Source: the human T2T-CHM13v2.0 reference genome, Homo sapiens | Assembly (NCBI RefSeq): GCF_009914755.1 | Contig: NC_060925.1 | DNA length: 64,000 nt | Reading direction: 5' to 3' (one strand) | Shown here: positions 41,959 to 57,761 of the stretch, in pieces | Numbering within the stretch: the first letter of the stretch is position 1 | Layout of the letters: each line of letters starts with the position of its first letter | Notes under the pieces: model-generated | Told to the model about the DNA's origin: nothing | The model's database searches: none | Seen by the model: the letters and a program-made list of their open reading frames with translations, nothing else | Translations under genes and position numbers: made by a program

Positions 41959-43021
41959 TATAATTTAAATAAAATATAAATTTCTTCCTATGGCTTCTGA
42001 GGGCCTGTGTGATCTGGCCCGATCGCCTCTCTCTGCCCTCTCCTTCTATCCTTCCCCTCTTCAATACATTTCATCTTCCTATGAATGCCATGTTATATGC
42101 AGCTCATTCTCCTTTCAAGACCTTGCACTTGGCTTTATTCTCTCAGCCGAGAATGTTTTTAGGTCTCAGCTCAAATGCTTGAACTTCAAAGAGATATTTC
42201 TTGGCCACTTTATCTGAAGTTGCCTCCTGCTGCCCCTAATTGTTCTCCATCAGATTACCCTATTTTAATTTATTCAAAAACAATTGTCATTATTACTCAA
42301 AGACCAATTATTATTATAATATATAAATATATATGCTTATTTATTGTTTTCTTCCCCTAGAGTACAAGTTTCATCTATCTTAATCAACTGATATATTTCT
42401 AACTCTTTAAATAGTATCTGATACATGGGAAAATGCCAAAATATATTGGCACAATGCATGAATGAATAGTGTTTTCTTCATGAAACCTTTCAGAGTGCTC
42501 CCATTGTAGGTAATTCCTCTCTCCTTGGAGTCCCCAGTGTATTTAATTTCCATTTCCTACTGTATTGTCATGTTCCTTGAATTTTGGTTATTCATAGATA
42601 CTCTTATATATCCTCTACTCCACTGTAGGATGCTGGAGGGCAGAATTGAAGGCAAAATGTTCAATAATTGGTTGAATTGATGAATCAAGTAAAAATGATT
42701 TAAAAAATCACCCTTATTTAAAATACGGATAGAAGAGGCAGTGCTGAAAATGTCTACAGTGTGACTTACCAGCACTTCTCAACACGTCTTGGCAATCGTG
42801 TCATTTGGACTGTTGGCGGATATATACATTTTTCAGGATTGTCTTCAACATGCCCATGCCATTTTCTCAGCCCCATTATGTTTGTAAAATGAATTCACTC
42901 TTTATTCACTTATGCACTCAAGAAAACTGCCAGCATATGACTTTTAAAAAAATTATTTAACTTTATAGTGGATGTCCTTTTGAAGCCGGAGGATTACAAT
43001 TTCCATTCTTGATGACATTCA

Positions 43022-43350
<329 letters not shown>

Positions 43351-45429
43351 AAACAAACAGAAACTCTTTGTCTTCCTCCTATTCCTCCTTTTTTTCTTCT
43401 TCCTTCTTTTCCTCATATTTTTCTTCCTCTTTCCATTCTTTTTCCTTTTTTAAAAATTAATTTTTGACTCAATAGTTAGAGAGTTAAAATTTATTAGGCA
43501 TTTTCATGCAGTTTTTTTTAATTAGTTCCCATAACAAATCTGTGAAGTAGTTGTTATTTCTTCCATTTTGTAGAGGAAGATCAGAGAGGTTAAATACCTC
43601 ATCTAAGACCTTCACAGGTGGTGGATTCAAACCTGGGTATGCCTGCTAATATCAGTCTAACTCTCTAGTGTTCCTTGGAACTATATTAATAGATAGAACA
43701 GAAATACTACTGAAGGTGATGGTTGAAGATTTAGAAGCACAAATTACATCTGTTCCTGAAAAGCAATAGCTGTACTAGAAGAAAAATATAGACATATAAA
43801 CATAACTTGGCTGGAACCTGTTTTTTGTGCTGTCTGTGATTATAAACACTTGAGAATGTTGTCCTTCTCCTATTTCCTTCTTGCCATATGAACACATTTT
43901 CACTGTTTTAACTATATCAGTAATATGAGTACACTGCACAGATGGGGAGAATTGTGGAAAGGTCAGTCATATGGCTGTTGAACTTTGCTTCTCTCACTGC
44001 CTTTCCTGTGATGTTTCCTGGAATGTTAAGACGGGGACATTTTCATGAACTGGTTATTCTATTAGATTCTATCCTGACCAAAGCATGAAGGGTCATAAGT
44101 AAAGGGAGTCCTTTTGCATATGTTCTGTAGATTTAGGGAGATTTAATAGAAATAATAGACTTCAAAAGAGGTGATTTTGAGCAGCTATCCTTCAAGGTCA
44201 CGATGGCACCATTTTTTTTAAGTGTGTGAAGAACAAAATTGGAAAGCTATGTGCTTATTGCAAATGCTTAAGTAATATTTTGACCTAAATTTAAATTCAC
44301 TAACTTGTGAAGTTTGAAAATCATAAAATATGATTTATTCATCTTTCTATCCCTATCCTTTATCTTACTACCTGGCAATAGTAGGAATTCAATACTTTTT
44401 TTTTTAATGAACTGATCAAATAACATTGTTTAGTATCTTTGATATGGACTTTTGTCTCTAACCTACAATATCATCCCATGATTTTGTTAGTGTGAAATGC
44501 TTTTCACTACATGTCATGGACAATGTAATGGGATTGTGAATATGGAAGACTCTTAAACATAAGTAATAAAGCACAGAAGAGTAAAATGATACCGAATGCA
44601 CTGAATCCAGCCATTATTAATAACACCAATTGTTACTGTACTATAATGACGAGCAAATAACAAATGATGGAATTCTAGTTGATATTCAGAAGTAATTCTT
44701 TTCTTCTTTTCTTTAGAGCTTCATAGTTGGTGAGCAAGGTCATGTTTTGGGGTATGATATTGCCAATTTCTTCACTTACTAGTGGGGATAGGATATGGAC
44801 TAGATGTGAGGAAATACTTGTCCAGGTGTTAAGCTGGAACAGACATTTCTTTTGTGGAGTTAGGGTGCAAAGTTGTATAAATAGTCCAGAAAACAAGCCA
44901 AGTCCAAACACCTAGAAGGTGTAAGAATTGAGTGGTTTCGTCTAGGAGCCAGTCATCAAGTTGGATAGAGAGTATTCCAACAGCTGACCCAAGTCAAAAA
45001 GTCTCAAAGGTAATGCACAGTGGAACTCAGTGAGAGAGAAGTCAGGGAGTAATTCTACAGTAGTAGAGCCCGGGTAGTTGTGAGTAGAGAATATGTCTTA
45101 CAATGGGGAGTGGGCTTCCAGGGTTACAGCAACAGTTCTTCAACGTAAAAGAATAGACCGATGGTGTGGAGGCAGAGTCATTGTTTGATAACAATTCACT
45201 TTGTTTTTTTAAATTTATTCATTAAATATTTATTGAGTGCCTACTCTATGCCTTATACTGTATTCTGTGCACAGAATGCAACAATTAATGAGACAGACAA
45301 CGTCCTTTCCCTTATAGGGCATACAGTGTGTGGAAGGTAATGTTAAGAAAATTGGAATTATAGTATAATATTAATATGACACATCATATTATAGAATGTG
45401 GAAAATCCAGGTTTCATGGAAGGAATACT

Positions 45430-45680
45430 AATAGGTAATGCTTGTTGAACAATTAGTATGCATCAGGCACCATTCTTAGTGCTTTATATGCGTTAACAAA
45501 TTTAATCCTCATAAAAACTTTACAAAGTATTACTATTATCATTTACATTTTATGTATGAGGAAATGGAGTCCCAGGAAGGTGAAGTTTTACTGTCAGAGT
45601 CTCGTGACTAGTACATGGTGGATCCAAGATTTGAAACCAGTTCATCTCCAAAATCTGAAGTTGTAATCATTATATTCTCT
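45430..45680 (-). mobile_element. MIR
   Basis: TTTAATCCTCATAA...CATTTTATGTATGAGGAAATGGAG...GATTTGAAACCAG. Confidence 0.65.
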
Positions 45681-46275
45681 TATTTTCCTTTTATTTATTA
45701 ATTTCTCCACTTCCAGTAGAAAGTGGGTATGAGTTTAGGACAAGGAGCTGGGAAAAGTTTCCCCAAGCAGACCTCTGCTTGGTATTGTAGTAAGACTTGG
45801 GGGAAGGGGCAGAGGTGTAGTTGGGGAGAATGGAGGTGGTAGTAGCAGGAATTGAGAATGGGGACAAAGGTAACATGTTCAAGACTCAAAGGCAAAAAGG
45901 AGATGGTGAAATGGGAGAGCAGTCAGACACTCAAGTTGGGGGGTGGTAGAGCTTTTTCGTTGTTGTCTTTTGTTTTTGGTTGAGGTCTGAGCTTCTTCTG
46001 AGGCCCAGTGTAGATGTGCTAAAGATGTTTAGACTTGTGATCTTATTAATAGTCAAATATCTGTCTCCTGAGACCCTACCTGCCCATCCCATTTTCCTTG
46101 TCACATTATTCTTTAGTTTGTATGTGTCTACAGTCAAAACCCTTTCCCCATGAGCCTGTTAACTTCGAGTGGTATTACAGTGGTATCTCAACTCATTCAC
46201 TTTTCATTTTTACTGCTGCCTGTTTACTGGTACTTTTACTGTTTATTAATTTCACCATCAAAGAGTCAGACAAGT

Positions 46276-46475
46276 AAAGTAAATGAAACATTGCTAAAAT
46301 GACAACTGTATTTTATCTAGACTAGGAAACCATTTTGTGGTTTAGGAAGTAGATACTATGTAAAAATCAAGGTTATTATATGAAAGTGTATGAAACATGG
46401 CTAAACACAACTCTGCTTTGTCTAGACAGGTAAACCATTTTGGTAGTATAGGACGTGAATACTTTGGCACAAAAC
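46276..46475. repeat. Diverged 2-copy tandem duplication, 107-bp period
   Basis: AAAGT..ATGAAACAT.GCTAAA...ACAACT...TCTAGAC..AAACCATTTTG..TAGGA.GT..ATACT at 46276 and 46383; roughly 75-80% identical by manual alignment. Confidence 0.8.
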
Positions 46476-49400
46476 AGAATTTTGGAACAATTTATCCTTG
46501 GTTTCTGACCATAAATTTTTAGATTAATTTTTAAGATTTTATTAATAGTAATCTAATTAATCCCCCCAGGTGCTAAATTTAAGTATGAGAGAAATAATAA
46601 TGCTAAATATAGCATCATATTATAAACTGGTATCCATCTTTAAAACTGACTTTGTACAAAGGATAAGTTTCTGGACCGTCACCCTATTTAAACAAGCTTG
46701 CAGCAGGCATTCCAGCTTTACCAGTTCAGGAAGAAAAAGAATTTCCGTGTAGGATACTTTGTGCAATTTGCACTCGAGGAAAAAAAGAGGTGAAAAGTAT
46801 TTTAGAACAATGATTTTCTCTGTTTCTATGAGAAGACTTACACTCTAGCCTACATTTCAATTCTGCCTGGAAAGGAATAACTGACATTGTCATTACTTTT
46901 CAAAGGGGGCTGCCTTGATAGTTTTAAGATCTCCATATATTTTTTAAATGAATGGCAATCATTTGTTTCAGTGAAGTTCTACTTTCAGCAAGACAAGCTT
47001 TGCTGATGTCTTGTAGAACTTTCATTTACAAATGCCTTAGTGTGTATTTGAGTGCACATCCTCTGGGTACTTGTAACTTGCATTAAGGTGCTCAAAATAT
47101 GACTTGGACCCTGCTGTTATAAAATAAACTGAACAAAACTTGTGGCTTGTGTTATTTTAGCTTAATCCTGAAACTTTGGCTCTGATAGTCATGGTTCCCA
47201 ATAAATAAGAAAAGTGGGGAAGCCAGAAGTAGTCATGCCATCAGTCTAGTAATAGACTAATCAGAGGAGAAAGAAATTTTACCCATCTTAGTGATAAAGT
47301 CAGGCAGAGAGGCTAACAAGATAGGATAGATGAATTTCAGCAGTATTGACCATAACCCAAAGATATGTAGTTAAGTGAATCAGTTTTGACACTGTCCCTG
47401 ATAATAAAAGTGTCAACAATATCCTAAAGGAAAAAAACACCTTGGGGTCCTAAATTGAGAGCTTTTAGTGTGGAAGAGATTTAGATGTTGGTTAAGAGCA
47501 CAAGGTCCCAGGTATTTTAACACTGATGATGTTTATGCAAAACTCAGACTTTTAAAGGAATTTTTTTTCTTTTGTCCAATGCTATTGTCCATGTCCTTCT
47601 TGTCTTCCTCAAATCACAGAAGTTTTTCCCTTGGCTAACTTATTTGTTTCTTTCTTTATACTCGCAGCTATCATAACCCAAAGGTTAAGGAACAGGGTTA
47701 GGGGCGTGAGAAGAACGGAGATCTGTCCTCTGAGTGAGATTGTCCAGAAAAGGGCAGCATTGATTCCAGGAGCACCTGGGCCCAAAAACCCAGGACGCTG
47801 GTAAATTGATCATGCCTGGAGAGATTCTATTTTCTGCGGCAAAATGTGAGGGAGAGCTGATACCAGATCTGGGTGCAAATGCACAAAGGCACATGGCGAC
47901 ATTAAAGCAGACACCGGAGAAACAACACTGGGACCACCAGAGACAGGCTGACAACCACAAGGTGAACTTAGAACAAGGGAAAATTCCAAGGGTGAAGTTT
48001 GGGGTCAAGGGCTGGCAGGAATTACAGGGAAACAAAGGCAGATTTCAAAAATGAGGATTTAGTTGCTGAAAGGATCCACTTGAGGGAGGATCAAAATAAG
48101 CTGAAGTTAGAGACAAAAATGATTTTATCTAAAATCATATCTTTTACCAGTGTTTCTGTTCTTTGCTGCAAGATGGTTCCTTATATTAATTAGCTTTTGA
48201 AATAAGTTAATGGTAGCTTTTCCAGGAGCTTCACAGTACCTTTTCCTAAATGCTTGGTTAAAAATAAAGAGCTACTTCACATTTTAACACTGGCTCTGTT
48301 ATCTAATACATTGTAGAAGGAAAGAAACTGATATTTCTTAAAAACAAATAGTCTGCCAGATGGTCATGTATATTATCTCATTTAACAGTCGCAATTTTGG
48401 CATGGGGCAGGTACTTTTATGTCTGTTTTACAGATTAGAAAGGTAAGGCTCTGAGAAATGCTGTAAATCACCTGAAGTCACTTACACATAGCTCTCTGTT
48501 ATCCAATTACTCATGTTCTAAGTTTTATGTGCTATAACATTTCTAACATTCTTGTATTAATTAAACATTTAAATTAAATAAGACAATCTCACATCATAGG
48601 AGGAACATGTGTATATAATTGATTGTGCAAGTTTTTTGTTCAGGTCAAAAAGAGAAAATATGTTCTAGGAGCCAGGAAATGTTAACTCTGTGATAGAGTC
48701 TGTAAAGATATAGGTCCTCATTCTTCATGGGAAGGAAGCCAGTTCCTGACTGAAAAACAAATGCGTACAATTAAGAATAGTTTACAACTCTCTTAACCAA
48801 CTTGAATTAACTCATGGGATTCTATAAAATAAATTCAGGAGAGAGAAATACTTGTTAATTGACATTTTGAGAAGAGAAGCCTATGTTCTTTTCTACTTCT
48901 TTGCATGGTGAAATGGAGGGTGAAGGAGAAAAAAGATGTGCATGTTGATGGTATGTTTCAACATGACAAATAGGTTCAGTAAAGAGTTTGATAAATTCAT
49001 AGCTGAAGGATCCACAACTAGTATTTCTGTAAGAAGTTAGGGTTATAGTGGTTAATATTTCAAGTGGTATTTTTAAAGCAACTACTACACTTTATATAGA
49101 ATTCTTATCTGATGCTATTTTTTTAGGAAGAGTTGGATTATTGTTCTGACCCATATTGATATTTACTGTGCTCCTCAAGATTGTAGCATGGATTTTCTTT
49201 TGAGTATCACTCTGTCAGGCAGTATCCATTAATTATCCCTTTTATCATGCTTTCTGACTTATGGATCTAATATTAACTTAAAAACAGGTAATATAAATGT
49301 ATACTTACTGGATCTTTATCCTTGGATGGATAAGTTTCTTCCTGGTCTCTTATTAACTTAATGAGGTGTGGCTATACTTAGTACTGACAACCTCCAGTGA

Positions 49401-50114
49401 TCTTAACATGAATGAACCATATGAAATGAGAGCTCAAGAGTATATTTGAATAAAGTCTATATGAAATAGTAATTTGATATAAATAAATTTAATTACAGTG
49501 TTTAATTTTAATGAGAACAGATAGATCAACAACATGTAATATTTTTTAAACTTATAATGATACTTCTTAGAGGTGTCAATCTGTCACATGCTCAGACCTT
49601 TCTAAGTGACTCCTTGCCATTCATAGGCAATGCCTGAAGAGCATCCCTATGCAGCCTTACTTTCTTCTAACTCACCCTCCTGCATCCTGCTGCACCACAG
49701 CTGATTGCATGGGGAGAGTGATCTACTGTAAGGACAGTGAATTAATGGACTCAGTAATCTGTGACTTGGTGTGGTACCAAATGACAATCTGGACTAATCA
49801 GATTCCGTTTTGAGAATTTAAATTGGGAAAGATGGACATAATTAAGTATATAATGGTGATTAATCAACTCTTAAGATTGGAAAGGAATAAGCCATAGAGT
49901 AAAGACGGTCATGAGAGGCATAGTGAGTCTATACTATTAGTGTTATGGTAAACTAAAGTTACAAAGAGGTGATACTAGAATATCTTAAAAGCATGAAAAA
50001 CGGAGGAGAGAGAAAGAAGAAAGAGAGAGTTAAAGGAAGTTAGTAGTGGGAAGCCAAATTAGACATATACAAATAAGTGTAAATACTGAAATATGATTTA
50101 TTTAAGATGGGTGA

Positions 50115-50395
50115 GTGGTAGTAATAGTAATAGCTGATCTTGCCAAGTGCTTGCTAAGTACTGGGTACTATTTGAAGCATTTCACATCTTTTATTTCATT
50201 TAATATTCTCAGCAAAACTCTTGAGGTAAGTACCACCAGTATCCCTGTTTCACAGATTAGGTCACCAAGATGAGGAAACCAAGGCATAAGGAGGCATGAT
50301 AACATGTCTGAGTTCATATATCCAGTAGATGGGTAATTAGGACCAGAATCTGAGTAATTTAACTTGAGACTTCATTCTTGAACAATAATGCAGTA
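50115..50395 (-). mobile_element. MIR
   Basis: TTCATTTAATATTCTCAGCAA...AGATGAGGAAACCAAGGCATAAGGAGG. Confidence 0.6.
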
Positions 50396-50398
50396 GGG

Positions 50399-50560
50399 CA
50401 ATGGTTCTCAAAAGGTGGTCCCTGGACTAGCAGCATCAGCATTAACTGGGAACTTAGTATAAATGCAAGTTATCAGGCTTTACTTAAGAAACTGGATGGG
50501 GCCCAGCAATCTGTGTTCTAATCTATGTGATCCTTATTTTTGCTTAAGTTGGAGAACTCT
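50399..50560. mobile_element. MER5A hAT-Charlie MITE
   Basis: CAATGGTTCTCAAA..GTGGTCCCTGGACTAGCAGCATCAGCAT...GGGCCCAGCAATCTGTGTT...AGTTGGAGAAC with TIR-like ends. Confidence 0.8.
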
Positions 50561-50789
50561 TAAGGTAGAGCAAAGGCCAGTCTCCTGCTGTTCTGGATCT
50601 TCTTATCAATATGTGGTCCATTGTAAAAAGCTCCTCTTCTTCCTGTGGTCTGGATTGTTCAGCTACTCCTGGGGTTCTGTGTACCCATATCCTTATGACT
50701 ACCTCCAGGTATTTAAGGTAGCTTGAGTTATCTTTGTGATATGCAATTAAAATATATAATTAAAACAAACACATTAGACAACTGGAATA

Positions 50790-51720
50790 TGTTCGCTTTA
50801 ATGAAGCTTATTAAACCAAAGCAAAGTTCTATATCTGGAAACATGGTAAACCAGGATAGTCAGACCAACCCTGCCACTGAAAACAGCAAAAATGTTTTTG
50901 ATGAATACCTGTATAATCTGAAAAGCATGAGAATGCTGAAAAATAACAAGGAATTGCCTGGCCAAAATCTCAGAAGAAAATGAGAACTCAGAGACTGGGG
51001 GAATGCTGAAGCTGCTTCTGTCTGAGGACATTAGCCAGTTGCATAACCCAGCCAACTTGAGCCCAAGGCCTACCCATGGTAGGGAGTTTAAGAGGGGACA
51101 TTCTCCCTGAATAAAGCTGAGATCCCAAGGGCTAAAGCTCAGGATAATGGTGAACCACAAGTAAACTCTTCTGGCCGTCTCAGGAAACTGCACGAGTAGT
51201 CATTTTAGTGCTTAGCAGAAGATGGCCCCAAAATCAAACCAAATGAAATAAACAGATCTTTGAGAAGTTTTAGCCAATCACTGGTGTTCTCAAGGACTCA
51301 TTGCTTAAATACACCTTACCTAGGCAGTTAAAACAGAGCTAGGTGTGAATTTAGTTTAAGGTTGTTCTGAACAGGTGGTGCTTTTGTGTGTGTGTGGTAG
51401 AAGGAAATGCTAGTCCTAAGCCTCCGAGAATTCCCAAATAGTTCCATGAATAACTTGGGCAAATCACGGTCAAATTTAAGCAAGCATACAAGGAATCTAG
51501 GAACCCAGGATAAGAACCAGCAGAAACAACCAACCACCGAAATAGAACCACACAACTTAAGGTTTCATAATTGTCAGACAGATTATAAAACAAAACCCTC
51601 TCTTTAAAGAAGTAAGGCAAGCTTCAAAATGTTTTAAGGGAATAGGAAACTAAAATCCTAGCAGATTTGAGGAAAAAATAGAATTCAGAGAAATCATTAA
51701 AAAAAAAAAAGGAATTAAAC
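50790..51720 (+). mobile_element. Old L1 5' region / ORF1 start remnant
   Basis: A-rich sense strand, AGAACCAGCAGAAACAAC...TTGTCAGACAGATTATAAAA as in old L1M ORF1 leaders; weak by-eye match. Confidence 0.45.
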
Positions 51721-53316
51721 CAAGGGGCTGATAACAAAGGCTTAATGTGTTTCGTGCTCTGAATAACCTTGTTTATTTTTTGATAAGAGTAGATTTTGTG
51801 AAATGTACTTTATGCAGTTAATTTCAGATTCAAATTAGTGAATAACATGCTTCAGTTAATATTTACATTCTAGATTGTCGATATATAAAGGTAATTTAAA
51901 GTACAGTAAACTTACATTAAGTTTATATTTCAGTGTCCGCATCCAACTGAGAGATTGATTTAGTGATTTGTGAGCTCTCCAATAATTGAGCAAAGGCATG
52001 ATATTGATCTCAATTATCTGAATATATCATGAACACTTGTGAATTTTGAGAGTAAATATTTCAGTTAAATGGTATCAGCTTTCCATTTTACTTATCAACT
52101 TCAATTAAAGTGTTTAAAGGGAATAAGTAACTTTGGAAGCAATGCAAAGATAAGACAATAGTGACAATTTTACAAGTATGCAAGTAGAAAGTTTCTGGGT
52201 TCCACTAGCATGCAGCTGATTTAACAGTAACACAATCTGTATTCCCCAGAGAATAATTTTAATGTTCAAGATTCGTAAAACTTATAACTGAGGCTTAGTG
52301 TGTGGAAAGGAGAGAAGCACTGTGTTTTAACTGTGAATAAAGGTATCTGCAAATGTTGGATATGTAATATCCAATTCATCCCTAGAGATGCTAATTATTC
52401 TTTAAGAATGTGGTAATGAGGTGAAACACACTGTTTGCCAGCAGGCATAATAGATCATATTTCATATCACTCATTTAAATCAGGGCATTAATTTTCATTA
52501 CAAGATAAAGTCAGTGATAGAAACAGAGGCAAACTATGGGGAATGAAAAGTTTAGCAAGTATAGGCAATAAGCCACACAATAGTTGGCTCTTGAAATGCT
52601 GATCTCATTTACTTGCAGCCAGACTTGTTGAAAGATGGCTATCAGAAGAAAAACAAAAATCCCCTCTGTGGTGCAATATTAATGTTAATAGCCCTTAACA
52701 AGGAAAAAACATGAAGTTCAAGTTAACTGCCATAAAGGATAATTCCTTTGAATGCAACATGAAGCCAGAGAGGGAAATATAGTTTCTACTTTTTGCATTA
52801 TTATTATTCCTCACCATACGTTTACTAAACACCTATCATGTCAAAATATTGAGAAAGAAGCCCACTTCGTTCAGAAAACTTACAATTGGTATAACCAAGG
52901 GCCAGGATGACTCTCATAGGTGACAGTAAGTTGGCTTCTTACATTTAATGAATATTTTCATGTTTTGATTTGCATTTTATCTTTTTCCTCCTCTGTGTAT
53001 TTCAGTCATAGATTAGATGATGGGCTGGAAAAAAGTAAGAATTTTTAGAGGAGAGGGATGATTTGTTTGACAGGAAAGCATGTAAAAACAGGTGGGAGAA
53101 GTTGGCTTAATCCATTGTCATGTCCTCTGAGAAGAGAAAAAGCAGAAACAAAAGGTAGGTAAACCCCAAGACTGAATGATCAAGAGAGTGCATACCCTTA
53201 TGCTGCATCTGCCACGTGAATGAATGAGTAAACAAATACACTTAAGGAATGTGTTCTACAAGTTGATACAAAACTTAGTATATCTAAGGCATAAGGAATT
53301 TAGGGCAAGTTAATCA

Positions 53317-53500
<184 letters not shown>

Positions 53501-53728
53501 AAGAATGGGCCTGGAATCAGAAGACATGAAGTTAAGTATCATATCTGTTACTCACTTTTTGACCTTGAACAAAATATTTAACCTCATTAAGCCTATCTTC
53601 TAGTAGAAAAGACGAAAAGAGATATAATTTACAAAATATCTGGTACATAGCAGGTTAAAATCCTAAAAGGAATATGAAAATATTTGTTTCTACATTATAT
53701 GACAGTTGTATGAATTAATAGAATTTTA

Positions 53729-54147
<419 letters not shown>

Positions 54148-54274
54148 AAGATGTTATAATATATGTTTGGATAAAAAGAAAGCCTAATTGATGAGAAATA
54201 TTTTGCCTATCATATAAAAAGAAAAATGGCAGGGTAGAGAAGAGTTTGGGTTGTTAAAAATGTATATGGGCAAC

Positions 54275-54779
54275 TATATTAGTTAGCTTTTGCTGTGTAA
54301 CAAATTATTCCAAAACTTAAATGGTGGTTTTTTAAGACAACCACCATTTCATATGGCTCCGGATTCTGTTAGTCAAAATTTGGGCTGAACTCAGCTGGGC
54401 AGTTCTTTTGGTCTTGTCTGGTCTTACTGATGCCTGTGTGATAAGCTGCTGAGTCAGGTAAGCCCTGGCTCTAGGATGACCTCAGCTGGGATTACTTACT
54501 CCATTTCTTGTGGGCTCCCATCATCACAGATGCTAGCTTAGGCTTTTTTATATAGTGGCTGGCAGGGTTCTAAGAGAGCAAGGGAAGTGTGAAAACCCTC
54601 TTAAGTCTATTCTTGGAACTGGCATACCATCACTTTCACCATATTCTGTTGGTCAAAACAAGTAACATGACCAGTCCAGAGTCAAAGGGAGGGGAGACTT
54701 TGCCTCTTGATAGGAGGCAAAGTTACATTTCAGAGGGTATGCATATAGACAGTTCCAGCTATTTTTGCAATCTTCTACA
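54275..54779 (-). mobile_element. MaLR LTR (MLT1H/J-like)
   Basis: ATTAGTTAGCTTTTGCTGTGTAACAAA...GGGCTGAACTCAGCTGGGCAGTTCT...CATATTCTGTTGGTCAAA...TTTGCAATCTTCTACA. Confidence 0.75.
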
Positions 54780-56439
54780 GTAGGGAAGTGAGTTCTAGTA
54801 CATTTTATAATGCGGAGAATGAACTACAAGAGACTGATTCCACCAAACCTCAAAAACATCACCACTCTCTATAGAGAAAGGACTGAAAGGGTAATGTGAA
54901 GCTTGAAAGGAGCTGTGTTTGTGATGAATACTGAAGAGAGGAATGAACAAGGATTTAGACTTTTTCAGAGAGAGTATATATTAAAGCTATTCTTAGCAAA
55001 AAGTAAATAATTTAGCTTTTAACTTTAGATAAAGCATTGAAGACCACAATTGGGTAGTTGCAATATAGAAAATATAAAGTGTGCTGTATAAATGTTTTTT
55101 AAAAAAGAGAAAAGGAACACATAAAGAAAAAGATCCAGATTCTATTGAAAAATACAAAGATGGCATATGGCTAGCTATGATTTTCTTGTCCTGAAGAAAA
55201 ATGGAGCTTTTGTTTTATAATGCAGTATCTCCATCTTAGACTACCTAAATGCAAACAGGAGTTTCTGAGAAACCTGATCTTTTTTTTGCACTTGTAAATA
55301 GGGTGAGGGGCAGGGGAGAAGTAATGTCTCTTCAGCCCAATAAACTGTTTCTAAGTTATGGCAGTGTGAGAATATGCCTTAATCTTTTTCAGCATTTATA
55401 CTTTTTACATTCCCATTACTAATATTCACTTGCTTCCTCTATGGAGCAGTCATTTAGCTGGAACTATCATTTGATTCCAACTGACTGGGCAGGAAACAAA
55501 AATAAAATTGACATTTAAGTGCAGGGCCTTATTAAGGCAGTGTTTGTGGTCACCAGACTATTAGTTAAAGGTAGGACTGTCATATCACACCCAGCTCATC
55601 TCCAGTGCTCGCATTAGCTTTTTTCTCTTTCTTGGGGCCTATCGCAGTTTTGTCATTACAGGTGAAAGCTGGATCCTGGGATATTCCTGGAATATGAAGC
55701 TAAATAAGAGCCTAAGGGACAGAGAGGACAGGACCATGTTGTAGCATTGTTATTCAAATCCCATTTTAGATATAGGATTTAGCGATGTGTTATCAGGGCA
55801 CTAAGTATGTCTTTTTAATGTTTAAGAGATTGGTTTTATGTGTGCTAAAAATGAGGAAGTCCTTGAAACTAGAGCATTCCAGAATACTGTACTGTATCCT
55901 TGCATCATGCCCAGCAGGCTAATGCAATTAAGATTCTCTACAAAGGACAGGAGGGATCAGTAGCGTTTGGCAGATAACCACAGGTGCTGTTCACCCTGAT
56001 CAAAGTAAGCTGTTAGACACTGGGGCTTTCAACATAAGCATGAAATGTAACCTGTTCATTATTTGGTGTGAAGTATGAGGAGGGATTTGGTTAGGCTCTA
56101 GGAATGCACATATGTAACAGACCCTCTAAAACATGCAGAGAGTTGGAAATTATCATCCCTTTTAATGTTTTGATTATTTGGTAGGTGTTATAGCTGACTT
56201 TTTGTTATACCGCTATTCACCTTTTGGACTTAAGCTATTTGACTGTTAAATAAACATTTATTAACATTTCCTAAGATAAATGAATTTTTCAGATGATATG
56301 GCCACTTATTAGAGATAAATACATTTAATTGACTGGATTTAGTCACTGATTGGATTTGTACCAAATTATTAAAATTTGGGACAAATATTCAGGTGAGTTC
56401 AAGTCAATCCATTTCAAGAGTACCACACCTAGAGCTGTC

Positions 56440-57310
56440 CTATTATGTTCCAAGCATGGTGGCAGAATCTGTTGATACAGATAGAGGTAATTCATCACCT
56501 TTAGTAGCTCATGATCTCACTATGCAGACTTACAAATAAAGCTATAATTTGATACATTACGTGCTTCAATTAGTATTGTAGTTTTATAAATGATATAGTA
56601 CTACAGCTGTTACAGTAATTAATTTTCTCATGGGGAGAATAGAAGTAACCAAAAATGAAATAATGCGTGAGAAGTTTGGAGGACCCAAAGAAGGATGAAG
56701 ACTTGAGAGTGTGAGGCCACTCACGGCAATGGGCTTAACACAGACAAGTTACCAATGTATGAAATGGCATGTCTTATTTGAGGAACAACAAGTAATCTAG
56801 AGTGGCTAAAGAATACAATAAGCAAGGTGGCTGGAGTTGGAGCCATAGCAGCGGGCAAGAGATAAGTCATTAAGGGCTTTATATAACAGGCTGAAGATTT
56901 TCAATTTAGTTCTGTGAGTGATGAAGAACCATAAAATAGTTTTAAGTTAGGGAGTGATTAGACCAGATTTGTCCTTTAAAAGATAACTCTCAAAACTGGA
57001 GGAAAGCCTAGGAAGCAGCAAAAAGTGAGGAAGTAACCACTGAGATATTTAGGTGACAGTGGAAATGGAGAGAAGAGAACAAATTCATGGAGTGCTTCAT
57101 AGTAGTAGTGCTAGGAGTTGCTGACAATTGAACATGGGTAATGAACTTCATCTTGAACTTCATGAACTTCAACTTGATTGAAGTATCAAGATGAGTCCAG
57201 GGTTCTTAGTTTGGGCCATTGAATATCTAGACAGTTATATGTTTGTATTGGGTATTCAGAAGAAGAAATGTATTTCTGGAGGTGTGGAGTAGAAAAGAAT
57301 TTTGGTTTTG
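56440..57310 (-). mobile_element. L2
   Basis: AGTTTTAAGTTAGGGAGTGA...AGATTTGTCCTTTAAAAGATAACTCT, TTTGGTTTTGGACAT motifs. Confidence 0.6.
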
Positions 57311-57382
57311 GACATCGTAGTGGTAACTACTGATTGCTTACCCAACATTTATTTCTTACCTTCTCTATTAAGGGAAGATGAC

Positions 57383-57761
57383 TGTTGTAGTCCATTTGTG
57401 CTGCTATAACAGAATGCCACAGACTGGGTAATTTATAAACAAAAATTTTATTTTCTCACAGTTCTCAAGGCTGGGAAGTCCAAGGTCAAGGTGTTGGCAT
57501 CTGGTTGGTAAGGGTCTTTCTTCTGTTTTCTCACATGGTAGAAGGTGGAAGTGCCCACAGAGATGAATGCTTCCTTACGTGGCAGAAGAGCAAAAGAGTG
57601 AGCTTGTTCTCTTAAGCTCTTTTTATAGTGGCATTAATTCGTTCATGAGGGCTCTGCTTTCATGACATAAATACCTCCCCAAAAGCCCCACCTCCCAACA
57701 CTGTTGCATTGGGGATTGTTTCCAGCACATGAATTTTGGGGGACACATTCAGACCACAGCA
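57383..57761 (-). mobile_element. MaLR LTR (MST-type) solo LTR
   Basis: TG...CA termini; GCTGCTATAACAGAATGCCACAGACTGGGTAATTTATAA; perfect 5-bp TSD ATGAC (57378, 57762). Confidence 0.88.
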
